From an uncultured Candidatus Saccharibacteria bacterium (lineage in GTDB: Bacteria > Patescibacteriota > Minisyncoccia > Phycocordibacterales > UBA9973), in assembly GCA_964527185.1 (NCBI GenBank), contig CAZGOI010000001.1, positions 6,010 through 70,009 of the forward strand: DNA of 64,000 nt, read 5' to 3'. This document shows, piece by piece, positions 17,708 to 31,281 of this stretch. The stretch's first letter is position 1; each line of letters starts with the position of its first letter. The notes beneath the pieces are model-generated. The model saw only the letters and a program-made list of their open reading frames with translations. It was not told the DNA's origin and searched no databases. The position numbers were made by a program, and so were the translations under genes.

Positions 17708-18484
17708 TTAAAAAGAAGTTAGGAAAGGATTAATCTCTACCATGATATCTTTAGTAACCGGCGTGCCGGAAAATGCCTGCGGCCAAGTAAAGAGGACGAG
17801 TGATCTGTCGTTGCTTAGAAGGCCGTCTTTGTGTGTTTTTGAAGCATTGATGGCGTTGTGATCGGCATCGTACAAAATAGCAATGACATCAAAAGCTGGC
17901 AGATTATAGATCGATTCGTTTGAAATAGTGGCTGTTAAAGATGGGCTGTTGATATCGCCACCGAGTGTTGTGTCTTCGACTTTGATCGGTAGTGTTTGTA
18001 TGGTCGGGGCTTTCTTGACCCAGACAAGTGGCGAAGTGAATTCAAATGTTACACTTTTGATCTGGCCGGCGTCGGCGTCGAACCGAGGCTCGAATATTGC
18101 AAACTCTTGGTTGGGCGGGATGTATGTTGAACCTTGACGGCGACCGATTAAGATATTGTTCTGGTCGTAAATTTTAAATTGGTATGAGACATTTTCTACT
18201 GCCGCGCCTGAATTGCTATTTTCGATGTAGGCGACAAGATTATAAAAATTTCCAGTCACTGGAAAGGCTCTGTACCAGAGTATGACCGGTTCGGCAACAT
18301 CGGCATTGCAAATCCTCTGGCAGATGCCGCCGCAGTCTACCCCGCGCTCGCCACCATTTTGCTTGCCGTCCGAGCAAGTCGGGGCTTTTGTTAGGCTCGG
18401 CAAAAAAAACAAAAAGGCAATGAACCCAAGGAAGGCCAGAAGACCGAAAATATATTGTGCTTGGCGACGCGATGCCCATGACAT
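17708..18484 (-). CDS. Conserved hypothetical membrane-anchored protein
   Basis: TM followed by Cys-rich TCSDGKQNGGERGVDCGGIC and beta-rich domains. Confidence 0.75.
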   Translation of the reverse strand: MSWASRRQAQYIFGLLAFLGFIAFLFFLPSLTKAPTCSDGKQNGGERGVDCGGICQRICNADVAEPVILWYRAFPVTGNFYNLVAYIENSNSGAAVENVSYQFKIYDQNNILIGRRQGSTYIPPNQEFAIFEPRFDADAGQIKSVTFEFTSPLVWVKKAPTIQTLPIKVEDTTLGGDINSPSLTATISNESIYNLPAFDVIAILYDADHNAINASKTHKDGLLSNDRSLVLFTWPQAFSGTPVTKDIMVEINPFLTSF

Positions 18485-18543
18485 ATATAGCTATAATAGC
18501 AAAATTCCGCCCCCTTGTGGAGCGGAATTTGTTTAAATACTTT

Positions 18544-18653
18544 GTTCTGGCGACGGCCTACTTTTGCCTAAAAGACTATCATCGGCGTAGATGGGCTTAA
18601 CTTCCGAGTTCGGAATGTGATCGGGTGTGACCCCATTACCAAATCACCAGAAC
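18544..18653 (-). rRNA. rrf: 5S rRNA
   Basis: Conserved CCGAACTCGGAAGTTAAG and CGCCGATGATAGT motifs; terminal stem ttctgg/ccagaa. Ends approximate. Confidence 0.92.
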
Positions 18654-18780
18654 AAAATATTCAAATATCAGATACACTCGTCCCGAGTAAACTCGAGGGA
18701 TGATATCTGAAAACTGAATGCTAGAACCCGCCTTCGTTAAAACGAATTCGGGCGAACGCAAAAATATGATTTTCTGATTT

Positions 18781-22222
<3,442 letters not shown>

Positions 22223-22537
22223 AAATCTGAAAACCATCCCGACTCCGTAAAACGGAGGGGGACGACATTTTGCAAAATAGGAACCGCTTCCAAATTTTTG
22301 CACCATGTCTTAAATCATTGCGTTCTGTCTGCAACCCGATAAAAGACCCTAAAAAAATTTAGGATAACAGTGGGTCGCAACAGCATTCAGTTTTCAAATA
22401 TCATGTCGCCCTTCGAATCTCTCAGGACTAGATGTCTCAATAAAAAAATCCGCCTTCTGGCGGACAAAGCAAAACCGTGGATAGGCTTAACTTCTCCGCA
22501 GATTTTTGTGATTAATTAATATTAACATCGTGGGCCT

Positions 22538-22566
22538 ATTGTATACCAAAAGAAAATTAAAGTCAA
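22538..22566 (-). promoter_or_regulatory. Sigma70-type promoter for the 23S-5S unit
   Basis: TTGACT-N17-TACAAT immediately after the upstream gene's terminator. Confidence 0.7.
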
Positions 22567-22572
22567 GCAATA

Positions 22573-22599
22573 GAAAAACCCTTTGGGTAAAGGGTTTTT
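22573..22599 (-). terminator. Rho-independent terminator
   Basis: aaaaacccttt-ggg-taaagggttttt inverted repeat. Confidence 0.65.
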
Positions 22600-22618
22600 C
22601 TAGCTAGCCGCTATTAGA

Positions 22619-23305
22619 CTACATTGACATATTGTTTGTGAACTTATCGACTGCGCGTGAGGCTGCCTCTTTGCCACCAAGGCCAAAGGCAAGACCGCAT
22701 GCAATAGCGAGGGCCGCAACCAATCCTGTAAATAGGATCTGCATAAATGCCGAAGCGATACCAAGTTCAGAAAGCGCAATGATGAATGCAAAGACCCAGA
22801 TAGAATATCGGGTCACCGAGCCAAGCATATGTGCCGAGCGAACGTTGGCAGCTTGTGCGGCTGCTTTCACATATTTCTTCATTGTGTCAGATATAACTGT
22901 CGCAATGATAAGAACGAGCGCAGCGATAATAACCTTTGGCAAGTAAAATATCACTGTGTCGTGCAAGAAACCGCTGACATCAGTGAGACCAAGATAGTCG
23001 AGCGATGCCATGAGGAACACAGCAATGATAAACCACTTGACCACCCAACCGATGAATCCACCGACGCTGAGCTTGAGGCCCGCGCGGTTCATAAGATCGG
23101 CTGCGCCTGCACTCTCAAAAAGCTTGTCGAGCTTTAGAGCACCTAGGAGTTGTGCGATTGCTTTACCAATCACAGATCCGACAACCCATCCGACTATAAA
23201 TAGGATGATTGCGAGTAATAGATTAGGGACGAAGTGAATGAATCCTGCCCAAAGGTCCATCAAGGATGCATTGAAAACATCTCCCCAACTTTGTATAAAC
23301 ATCAT
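22619..23305 (-). CDS. CmpX/MscS-type TM-helix membrane protein
   Basis: Repeated PNLLLAIILFIVG / LPKVIIAALVL TM motifs and C-terminal LAFGLGGKE. Confidence 0.85.
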   Translation of the reverse strand: MMFIQSWGDVFNASLMDLWAGFIHFVPNLLLAIILFIVGWVVGSVIGKAIAQLLGALKLDKLFESAGAADLMNRAGLKLSVGGFIGWVVKWFIIAVFLMASLDYLGLTDVSGFLHDTVIFYLPKVIIAALVLIIATVISDTMKKYVKAAAQAANVRSAHMLGSVTRYSIWVFAFIIALSELGIASAFMQILFTGLVAALAIACGLAFGLGGKEAASRAVDKFTNNMSM

Positions 23306-23395
23306 AAGATCGTTTAATAAATAAATAATAAGGGTACTTACAAAGCTTCGACCTTTAAAGTACGCTTATATTATAGCAAAAATAGCCCTTAGGGG

Positions 23396-24013
23396 CTATC
23401 GGCTGGCTATGTATGTGGATAACTGGGGATTGTCTAAAAGCTTAAGGTGGGGCAAGTCTATTATGTCGCAGACGAGCTTGTCGTACATATCGAGGCGGTA
23501 TTTAAATTCCTCGGTGTCGAGTACTACGTAGTCGAGCTCCTTGCCTATTTCGGCTTCTAAGCCTTTTATTGTTTGAGCTAGATTGTTTTTCTTCAATCGG
23601 TCCCCAACCAAAAGAAGGTCGGCCCGGCTATTTTGGTCGCCAATGAAAACCCCTGAAACTATCATGAGTTTAACCTTGCCTACTTGCTTAAATTTATCGG
23701 TTAAATTCTCTTTTATAAGGAGGTTGGGGTCGACAAGCAACTCGCGGACCGCCTCGAGGTATTCAAAGTTTTGATTGAGTTGCCAGGCAGAGACTTTCTT
23801 CTTGCCACCGCGCGAGCCTTCTTTGGTGATGCTTTTTGGTTTGATAAAACCTATAGCCGACAGAGCGTTTATCTCTTTGCGAGTATTAGGCTTTGCCACC
23901 CGGCTGCGGCTAGCAACCTCGGCCACCTCAAATGCGCTCGAACTATTGAGTAAAAATAGCCTCATAATTTTCACTTTTGCATGCCCGCCAAGCAGTTTGG
24001 CCAATATTTCCAT
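23396..24013 (-). CDS. Putative HTH protein with a nucleotidyltransferase-like C-terminal domain
   Basis: LAKLLGGHAKVKIMRLFLLN wHTH start and SGVF...ADLLLVGD...EAEIGKELDY. Start taken at ATG 24013. Confidence 0.7.
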   Translation of the reverse strand: MEILAKLLGGHAKVKIMRLFLLNSSSAFEVAEVASRSRVAKPNTRKEINALSAIGFIKPKSITKEGSRGGKKKVSAWQLNQNFEYLEAVRELLVDPNLLIKENLTDKFKQVGKVKLMIVSGVFIGDQNSRADLLLVGDRLKKNNLAQTIKGLEAEIGKELDYVVLDTEEFKYRLDMYDKLVCDIIDLPHLKLLDNPQLSTYIASR

Positions 24014-24105
24014 AGCCCCTAGTATACGCCAAGCAAAAACACCCCGCAAGTCCTGTTTGAGACAGGCGAGGGGGTGTTTTTGGATAGAGAAGTTTATAAA
24101 TTTTT

Positions 24106-24507
24106 TTATTTAAGGGTGACCTTGCCACCGACTTCTTCGATTTTTTTCTTGATCTCTTCAGCTTCTTCTTTCTTGACACCTTGTTTAAGAACCGAAGGAG
24201 CGTTGTCAACTAGGTCTTTGGCTTCTTTGAGGCCAAGCGTTAGAGCTTCTTTGACTATCTTCATGACCGCAATCTTTTGCTCGCCACCAGATGTCAGTTC
24301 AACTGTGAACGAATCTTTTGCTTCAGCACCAGCATCCCCTGCCCCGCCAGCAGCTGGGCCAGCGACGGCGACGGCCGCAGCCGAGACGCCAAATTTTTCT
24401 TCTAATACTTTAACGAGCTCGTGCAAATCAATCACAGACATTTCTTCAATTTTTGAAACTATATCTTTGAATTTTGCAGGAACTTCGACATTTTTTGTTT
24501 CTTCCAT
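24106..24507 (-). CDS. rplL: 50S ribosomal protein bL12 (L7/L12)
   Basis: [16 protein letters not shown] and [10 protein letters not shown] motifs. Confidence 0.98.
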   Translation of the reverse strand: MEETKNVEVPAKFKDIVSKIEEMSVIDLHELVKVLEEKFGVSAAAVAVAGPAAGGAGDAGAEAKDSFTVELTSGGEQKIAVMKIVKEALTLGLKEAKDLVDNAPSVLKQGVKKEEAEEIKKKIEEVGGKVTLK

Positions 24508-24531
24508 AATCTATTTGTAAATTACTAATAA

Positions 24532-25020
24532 TTACGCTTTGCTTTCTGCAATTGCATTAACAACAACTGCAAATCTTTGGATCGGTGAATTGATGAGGTT
24601 CACAAACATTCCGCGCAAAGTCTGCAGTGGTGGAATTGTTGCGATCGACATCATTTCACTTGCGCCGATATATTTGCCTTCGAATATTCCGCCGATGATT
24701 TCAATATTTTCTTTGTGAGTCTTGGCGAAATTGTTGACTTCGCGGGCTGGGGCAAGCAAATCTTCCCCATACGCCATCGCGAGTTGGCCGGGCAACTCTG
24801 GCAATTCGCCAGAGAATTTGTAGGTTTCTAGGGCACGCTTCAGAAGTGTTTTCTTTGCAACTTTGTAACCGATATTTTCTTTCTGCAAACCTCGGCGAAA
24901 TGAATTCACGTCGGCCACAGTTAGCTTATCGAATTTTACAAAGACGACAGAGTTGGCACCTTTGAGCGATTTCTCTAGGCTGCCCACAAGCTCTTTTTTC
25001 TTTTCTAATGTATTTGCCAT
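24532..25020 (-). CDS. rplJ: 50S ribosomal protein uL10
   Basis: LTVAD...R, KVAKKTLLKRA and IIGGIFEG motifs; directly upstream of rplL. Confidence 0.96.
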   Translation of the reverse strand: MANTLEKKKELVGSLEKSLKGANSVVFVKFDKLTVADVNSFRRGLQKENIGYKVAKKTLLKRALETYKFSGELPELPGQLAMAYGEDLLAPAREVNNFAKTHKENIEIIGGIFEGKYIGASEMMSIATIPPLQTLRGMFVNLINSPIQRFAVVVNAIAESKA

Positions 25021-25087
25021 ATTGTTTTTTAAAATTAAAAAGACCCTTTCGGGCCGTCATATCGTAGAACACTCACGTGTGTGAATC

Positions 25088-25192
25088 TTCGACCTCGGTA
25101 GGGTCTATTTATGTGTCTCTGGCTTGCGCTCGGGTCCTCTGACTCTGAGAGTCTCGGACTCGAATGAGATCACGACCTACTGTCTACGGCTA
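25088..25192 (-). promoter_or_regulatory. L10 leader (rplJ autoregulatory RNA)
   Basis: CCGTAGACAGTAGGTC...TAAATAGACCCTACCGAGG upstream of rplJ, matching the L10-leader pattern. Confidence 0.7.
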
Positions 25193-25472
25193 CCCTGCCA
25201 TACTAGCAAACTAGCCTAATTTGTCAAATAAAAAACCTCCCCGAGGGCGGGAGGCTTCTGATATCTAAGAGAGGCCAAAATTAACTATCTTAGTCGAAAG
25301 TTTACAAAATAAAACGGGGTGTGTCAATACTATTGATTCACACTCCCCGTCGGCTGGGCCTCTTGCGTTTTCGAATCACCTTTTAACGAATCCATAAAAA
25401 CTAGTAGAACTAGCCCTATAACTATAACTATACAAAAATCTACTATAACCTTAAATAAATGTTTGTTCATGA

Positions 25473-25817
25473 TTATAATCCTATGCCATTTTTCATAATA
25501 TATACAGAGTATAGAATGAATACGTTAGTAAGTATTAATATAATTGTAATTGCTTTAAGTACATACTTATAATATCTACTACGAAAAGCTAATTTATTTA
25601 AACAATAGAAATTTATCAATAATAAAATTAACTCTATTGTAAGCAGTATTATATAGAAATCTATTTGGTTAGTGAAATTTATAAGACCTATACTTTTTAT
25701 ATGGTTATTATTTTGTAATAAACTATAAATAAAATTTGTTAGTGGGAAGAATATAAATTCTATAGATAGAAATATTATTATTGATATTCTGTATAGTTTT
25801 TTATATATATTACTCAT
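25473..25817 (-). CDS. Small multi-TM protein, very AT-rich; paralog of 25841-26188
   Basis: Three hydrophobic helices; FLSIEFIFFP and C-terminal NGIGL. Confidence 0.65.
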   Translation of the reverse strand: MSNIYKKLYRISIIIFLSIEFIFFPLTNFIYSLLQNNNHIKSIGLINFTNQIDFYIILLTIELILLLINFYCLNKLAFRSRYYKYVLKAITIILILTNVFILYSVYIMKNGIGL

Positions 25818-25840
25818 TTTTTATTTTAATTTTGAATCAT

Positions 25841-26188
25841 TTAGAATCCTATTCCATGACGGAAAGAAAGGCCTACATAAAAAATAAAGGTTAGTAATAT
25901 TATCAATAGAAATAATAAAATTGAGTAGAGATTCTTTAATTTATTCTTATTGAATTTAATATTCAAAATTAAGAGACCTAATACTCCCAACAATTCAACC
26001 ATTACAGCAATAAAAATAAATATTTGGTTATCTGTAAAAAATTGCTGGTTTACAAATTTAGTCATTAAATAATTTAAATCAATCCCAAATAAAAATAAAA
26101 CAAAAGATATAACTGGGGAAAATAGTAATTCAGGAATTAAAAACATCCCTAAAAATATCCATATCCATATTTTCTGGTATTTATTCAT
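25841..26188 (-). CDS. Small multi-TM protein; paralog of 25473-25817
   Basis: FLIPELLFSP and C-terminal HGIGF. Confidence 0.7.
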   Translation of the reverse strand: MNKYQKIWIWIFLGMFLIPELLFSPVISFVLFLFGIDLNYLMTKFVNQQFFTDNQIFIFIAVMVELLGVLGLLILNIKFNKNKLKNLYSILLFLLIILLTFIFYVGLSFRHGIGF

Positions 26189-26221
26189 ACTGTTTAATTA
26201 TAACATTAAACAGAGAACTAT

Positions 26222-29098
26222 CTAGTAACCCCAATTAAAATCTCCTTTGTTTGTGGATACCTTCAATAAAACTAGACCATTTAAAATTTTATTTACTTTG
26301 CCAGTTTGGTCTTTCCCTGAAATTGTGGTTTTTAGCCCATCATAAGTTGCTTCAATATTATAGTCTTTTTTATTTTTTAACCTCTGATGTAAACCTTTTA
26401 GCACCTCTTGTTTATCTAACTTCCAATCAAAAATCATATCGTTTCTAGAAATATCAGTAGATACATTATTGTATAGTAGAGATTTTATTTCAGCTTTTAA
26501 TATGTGTTTGCGGTCTTTATCTTTCAGGATAATTTGAGTTGTGTTACCAGCTTCATCTTTCATGCCGATAATATTATCCTGGTCTGATATGATAATATTT
26601 TGTGATCTAGATATATTGTCTATTCCAGAGAAAAATAAATCTTTTGAGTTTTGATCAAAATATATATTGAATTCTGGACTAGTTTTATCTATTGTAAAAC
26701 TCAGTGTTTGTTCTTGTTCATTATTACCAGCATTATCTACAGCAAAGAATTTAATATTATGTAATCCTTCACTAGAAACTGTTATTTGATTTTGATATTC
26801 CAAATAACCATTATCATCTAGATTGAAAAAAATCTTATATACGCCAGATGGTGTAAGTGGTATATCTGCGTTGTCCACTGAAGATAGATTTATATTCACA
26901 TTGCTACTATAAAAATTTGTAGCGCCTGACAACCCAAAAACTTGTACCGATGTTGTAGGAGCCAAATTATCATATAATGCATCGCCTGTTATTGTACTGT
27001 TGGGGTTGAGGGTTATATCTTTTATGCCGTCGCCATCAGTGTCTATATTGAGTGATGGGGTTGAACCATCTACCAGACTGCCTTTCAGATTTGGGTTTAC
27101 TGGTATATTTGTAAATAGACTCGAAGATATTGTGTTACCACTAGATATAGTTTCATCTTTAAGAGTGAAGGTGCCATTGTCTGTTCCCGAAAGATTAATA
27201 TTATAAGTTTGACCACCATCATTTGGAAAATAAATAAACTTATGATCACCAAATATTTCTACATCTGCATTGGGAATATCATTAAATATACTACCGTCAG
27301 ACGCAATACCAGAGTGGTTTCCATCTTGGTCAACAACATCTATAGATAGTGGACTATATATAGATATTGCTTTGCCATTTAACTGACATTTTGAAATATC
27401 TTGAGTTATTTTATTACCATCTACTAATAAAGAACTACCGGATAGTATGTTAACGATTTCTTGCCTCGAGCCATCTGCCGACATAAGTTTTGAATGTTCA
27501 CCTTTTAATGAGTAAAACCTTTTTGATGTATCGATTGGCAAATTATTAGAACTCTCAAAAGGCACTGTTCCATCACCGAGGGTTTCTTTGGGTTCGTTAA
27601 ACGATATTATTTTTTGCCCAAAAACATCTGTTTGTATTTTTTGGACTACTTTACCCATCGTCCATGTTTTACAACCATCTATAGCATATAGATCAACGCC
27701 AGCTGTACGAAGATCAAAATCATCAAAAACTTGTGTATGGAGATTATGAGAGTTATTCAAGGCTTGTGAATTTAATGAATAATCTTGGGTGAGTAAATTA
27801 TTTGTTTGATCAAAATTTAAATCAGTAGTATTTGATGATAGAAATCCCTGGTTTATTATAGACATAAAACTACCTTGGTTCGCATAATATTTTGCAGAAG
27901 GCATCAATTCATAAACCACTGGCAAATTTTGTGCAATTTTTTTCATTTCCGAATCTGCAAGCCAAGGTATGCTAAAATTATCTCCTTGGAGTAAAACTTT
28001 GATTGCCTTTGGAGCCCCCGTGTTTGGCACGCCCACGAAAACAGCCTTATTTATATGATTGTCTGATGGGTGATCAAAAACATATTTTTTCACTAACAAA
28101 CCCCCTGTACTGTGGGCGATAATATCTACTTTATCACTACCTGTTTGTTGTCTTATAGAATCTATTTTAGATTTAAGTAAATCGACATTTCCTTGGCTGA
28201 CGCCATAGCGCCAATCATATGGAAATGTAAATAGATTACTATTTGAATTTCCTTCTTCAATATAACCTTGATTTTTAAATTCGTTAATAAGTGAATCTGT
28301 ATAATCAAATGAGAAAACTGATATAGTTTTTTTTCTTATAACTTCACCTAATTTTAAACTAGAGTCTGAAGGAGTAAGATCGCTTTTAAATTGTAGTGGA
28401 TCCATAAATTGATCTCCTATATCAGATAAATTATGTAATAAATCTAGCCATAATTTATTTCCAGAATTATCCAAAATATCAGTTCCAGTTACACCTGGAA
28501 CAATAAGTATGGGGTTATGTGTACTTTGTGTGCTTATCTCAAACGCTGGAGTGCCATAGCCTATTGGGCTCCCAGTAAAAAAATCTTCAGTAATAAATGA
28601 AGTTGACGAATCCCCCGCCATCGTAAAGTCTGTGCCTTTTGCTGATGCATCAAAAAATACAAAGAAGGCAACATCATATCCAGGTTGGCCAAACTTGTTT
28701 GTAATATTAGTGCCAGTTAAATAATCAAAAACACAATCACTTCCTGCTGGGTTTCCTGTTGAGAAATTACCCATCGATGCATATGACCCATATTCATATT
28801 GAAAATATGCAAGAAACCCGAGTGATGTACAGTCTATACCAGTTGGCATAGGAATTTTTACTTTGTAGTGAGTATTTGAAGAAAGTGTAGTCCAAGAATA
28901 TTGGCCTAGGTTTTTAGGATCATTAACAGAACCTGTATTAATTAGTAGAAATCCTTTTTCAGAATATGTACCAACGGTTGAAAAATTAGTACTTGTGCCA
29001 GTTCTAGATAATATAGTTGCGGCAAGTGATTGATGATAAGAAAATAACAATAAAATAAAACCAAGTATTACTAAAGTTTTTGTGTAGTGTTTTTTCAT
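26222..29098 (-). CDS. Large secreted alpha/beta-hydrolase (LCAT/phospholipase-like) with C-terminal beta-rich domains
   Basis: Signal peptide, PILIVPG, FPYDWR, nucleophile elbow AHSTGG, GVPNTGAP, GDGTVP and GEH, then a DNAGNNE beta domain. Confidence 0.85.
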   Translation of the reverse strand: MKKHYTKTLVILGFILLLFSYHQSLAATILSRTGTSTNFSTVGTYSEKGFLLINTGSVNDPKNLGQYSWTTLSSNTHYKVKIPMPTGIDCTSLGFLAYFQYEYGSYASMGNFSTGNPAGSDCVFDYLTGTNITNKFGQPGYDVAFFVFFDASAKGTDFTMAGDSSTSFITEDFFTGSPIGYGTPAFEISTQSTHNPILIVPGVTGTDILDNSGNKLWLDLLHNLSDIGDQFMDPLQFKSDLTPSDSSLKLGEVIRKKTISVFSFDYTDSLINEFKNQGYIEEGNSNSNLFTFPYDWRYGVSQGNVDLLKSKIDSIRQQTGSDKVDIIAHSTGGLLVKKYVFDHPSDNHINKAVFVGVPNTGAPKAIKVLLQGDNFSIPWLADSEMKKIAQNLPVVYELMPSAKYYANQGSFMSIINQGFLSSNTTDLNFDQTNNLLTQDYSLNSQALNNSHNLHTQVFDDFDLRTAGVDLYAIDGCKTWTMGKVVQKIQTDVFGQKIISFNEPKETLGDGTVPFESSNNLPIDTSKRFYSLKGEHSKLMSADGSRQEIVNILSGSSLLVDGNKITQDISKCQLNGKAISIYSPLSIDVVDQDGNHSGIASDGSIFNDIPNADVEIFGDHKFIYFPNDGGQTYNINLSGTDNGTFTLKDETISSGNTISSSLFTNIPVNPNLKGSLVDGSTPSLNIDTDGDGIKDITLNPNSTITGDALYDNLAPTTSVQVFGLSGATNFYSSNVNINLSSVDNADIPLTPSGVYKIFFNLDDNGYLEYQNQITVSSEGLHNIKFFAVDNAGNNEQEQTLSFTIDKTSPEFNIYFDQNSKDLFFSGIDNISRSQNIIISDQDNIIGMKDEAGNTTQIILKDKDRKHILKAEIKSLLYNNVSTDISRNDMIFDWKLDKQEVLKGLHQRLKNKKDYNIEATYDGLKTTISGKDQTGKVNKILNGLVLLKVSTNKGDFNWGY

Positions 29099-29565
29099 TC
29101 CACTGTCAGAGTATTTACGTTTTGAGCGAATGTGCAATCGATAGTGAAGGTTGTAGGAATTTTTGGAACGCTAACTGTTACGATTTTAAAATCATAGGGA
29201 GCGATGGGATATTTATTGCCGCCTATTGCAATGACTTCTGAATCGGGCGAGCGATTGTCGAGCATGACGGTCGAGCCATTTGCAATAGATAGAGATCGTG
29301 GGTGCGACTGGCAATTATTGTCGAACTGGAGCAGGTTGCCGCTATTTATATATTTGTATACTGCTTCAGTATATGAGGGATTGCTAGAAACTGGAATTCC
29401 AAGGTGGTGGAATGCAGTCTTTGGCTGCTCCATATTTGATGTCGAACTTTGGCCTATATCTAGAGGCTGTTCTACCTTTTTATGCTTCAGAGCAAAGATA
29501 AAAGCCACGACCAAAACAAGGGCAAGGATAGCTGCGCCAATAAGAGTTTTGTTATCGTATTTCAT
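29095..29565 (-). CDS. Membrane-anchored hypothetical protein; paralog of 29659-30114
   Basis: TM followed by QFDNNC...MLDNRS...PYDFKIV...IDC...QNV. Confidence 0.75.
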   Translation of the reverse strand: MKYDNKTLIGAAILALVLVVAFIFALKHKKVEQPLDIGQSSTSNMEQPKTAFHHLGIPVSSNPSYTEAVYKYINSGNLLQFDNNCQSHPRSLSIANGSTVMLDNRSPDSEVIAIGGNKYPIAPYDFKIVTVSVPKIPTTFTIDCTFAQNVNTLTVE

Positions 29566-29603
29566 AATGCCGACATATTAGCACTTTTTAGACCTTTGGC
29601 AAG

Positions 29604-29639
29604 CACAATAAAATCGGCCAGCTGGCCGATTTTATTGTG
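29604..29639. repeat. Perfect 36-bp palindrome (probable terminator)
   Basis: cacaataaaatcggccag|ctggccgattttattgtg. Confidence 0.8.
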
Positions 29640-29658
29640 TAAAATTATGCCACCAATA

Positions 29659-30114
29659 TTATTGAACAGTGATGGTCGCTACGTTTTGTTGCTTGTCGCA
29701 ATCTATCAAGATAGTTTTTGGAGTCGAAGAAACATAGACGTTCACAATTTTGAAATCATATGGCTTGACTGTGTATATCGAACCGACTTTTATGTTACGC
29801 GTATGTGATGAGCGATTGTCGAGCATGATATTTGTATTATTTGTAAAGGTCATGGCCCGTGGACTGACACCACAAGTATTATTGAATTGGAAAATTTTCC
29901 CTTTATAAATTTTTTGCGCGTCGACGTATTTTATAATCTGGGTCGACGGTGTTGTCGAAGAATCAGAAGTAGGGTTTCCTGAAGTAGAGAGAGATTGTGT
30001 GTTTGTTTCGTTTGATGGAGCATTAGCGCTCTGTGAACGTAAGAAATAGTAACCCAAAACAAGAACTATTATAACTGCAACTATGATCCAAAGATTTTTA
30101 TTTTTATTAGGCAT
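29659..30114 (-). CDS. Membrane-anchored hypothetical protein; paralog of 29095-29565
   Basis: TM followed by QFNNTC...MLDNRS...PYDFKIV...IDC...QNV. Confidence 0.75.
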   Translation of the reverse strand: MPNKNKNLWIIVAVIIVLVLGYYFLRSQSANAPSNETNTQSLSTSGNPTSDSSTTPSTQIIKYVDAQKIYKGKIFQFNNTCGVSPRAMTFTNNTNIMLDNRSSHTRNIKVGSIYTVKPYDFKIVNVYVSSTPKTILIDCDKQQNVATITVQ

Positions 30115-30159
30115 GATATTTATTAGTTATTTTTAATACTTATATTATAGCACCAGTCT

Positions 30160-31173
30160 CTAGCTCTGGCTAACATATTTATAAGTCAAGCTCGAAACAT
30201 CTTTTATAAAAGCAGCTAGGTCATCATAGTTTTTGCCTTTAGTCATAACGCATATTAGATATGGGTTGTTTGGCAAATAGACGATGCCACAGTTGTGCAG
30301 TTCTATAGAGTCGATGACTGTGCCTTGGGTGTTGATATGTTCGCCAAATTTTTGAGAGACGATAGTGCCTTGGGGTAGACCAGCCACGATGCCGTCTTTA
30401 AATGTTGCCTTGCTTAGTATAGACAGAGCTTTTTCAGAATATTCGTGCGATAGATATGTTGCATTGTAGAGTATTCTGAAAAATAGTGAGTAGTCGCTGA
30501 CAGATATAGTATAGACAGAATTAATTTCTGGACCTTTAAGACCGAGGTCTAAATAGACTTTATTTAAATATGCATCAGTCATATCTGAGAGCAAAAGATT
30601 CATGGCGCCGTTGTCTGAATCGATGATCATTCGATTGATGAGATCTTCGACTGTATATTTTTTATCAATGACGAGTTTAGTGGCTGTATCAAATGGCTGG
30701 TCGTCTAGGTTTGAAATGTTTGGAGTGTATGTCAGCTCGCTATTTAAAATGGAAGATTCAGTTTCAGCTTCTTTGAAAAATGCCACCATGATAACAACTT
30801 TGAGTAGGCTGGCCGGGGCATATTTATCGTCTCTATTTATAGCAAAGAAACCGACATTGCTTTTGCTGCCATAGTTTACAAAATAAACCGATGCTGCAGA
30901 TATTTTATTTTGACTCTCGTCTTTGTTTATAAGGTCGTTCATATCTTTGCTCAATCCCCCGCTTGTATCTATTGCTAAATCCACTGGCCGATCAAGAGCA
31001 AGGAGTGGGTGAATAAATTTATAATCTGTGTCATTTTCTCTTATAGATTTGCTCGAGACAAACTCAACGCTCTTGTAATGCCGACCTATTGAAAAACCAA
31101 CGAGCAACGATATTATCGTAAGCCCGATTCCCAAGATCATAGTTTTTCTTGTATTTTTTGGGGATTCTCTCAT
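30160..31173 (-). CDS. Class A beta-lactamase-related serine hydrolase
   Basis: SxxK (ASLLK), SDN and K-F-G motifs with an N-terminal TM. Confidence 0.85.
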   Translation of the reverse strand: MRESPKNTRKTMILGIGLTIISLLVGFSIGRHYKSVEFVSSKSIRENDTDYKFIHPLLALDRPVDLAIDTSGGLSKDMNDLINKDESQNKISAASVYFVNYGSKSNVGFFAINRDDKYAPASLLKVVIMVAFFKEAETESSILNSELTYTPNISNLDDQPFDTATKLVIDKKYTVEDLINRMIIDSDNGAMNLLLSDMTDAYLNKVYLDLGLKGPEINSVYTISVSDYSLFFRILYNATYLSHEYSEKALSILSKATFKDGIVAGLPQGTIVSQKFGEHINTQGTVIDSIELHNCGIVYLPNNPYLICVMTKGKNYDDLAAFIKDVSSLTYKYVSQS

Positions 31174-31205
31174 CTAAAATAATTTTACAATAAAACAAAC
31201 AAAAC

Positions 31206-31236
31206 AAAAACCCCTGACAATATGTCAGGGGTTTTT
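31206..31236 (-). terminator. Rho-independent terminator of the large surface protein gene
   Basis: aaaaacccctgaca-ata-tgtcaggggttttt inverted repeat. Confidence 0.8.
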
Positions 31237-31281
31237 GGCCGATTTATAGTTTCGACAAACTTTTACACTAACCGAGATCCA

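Noticed and set aside
30160-31173. Bona fide antibiotic-resistance beta-lactamase
   Set aside because: SxxK and SDN are present, but KFG replaces KTG and no clear Glu166 omega-loop is seen. More likely a membrane-anchored PBP-like hydrolase.
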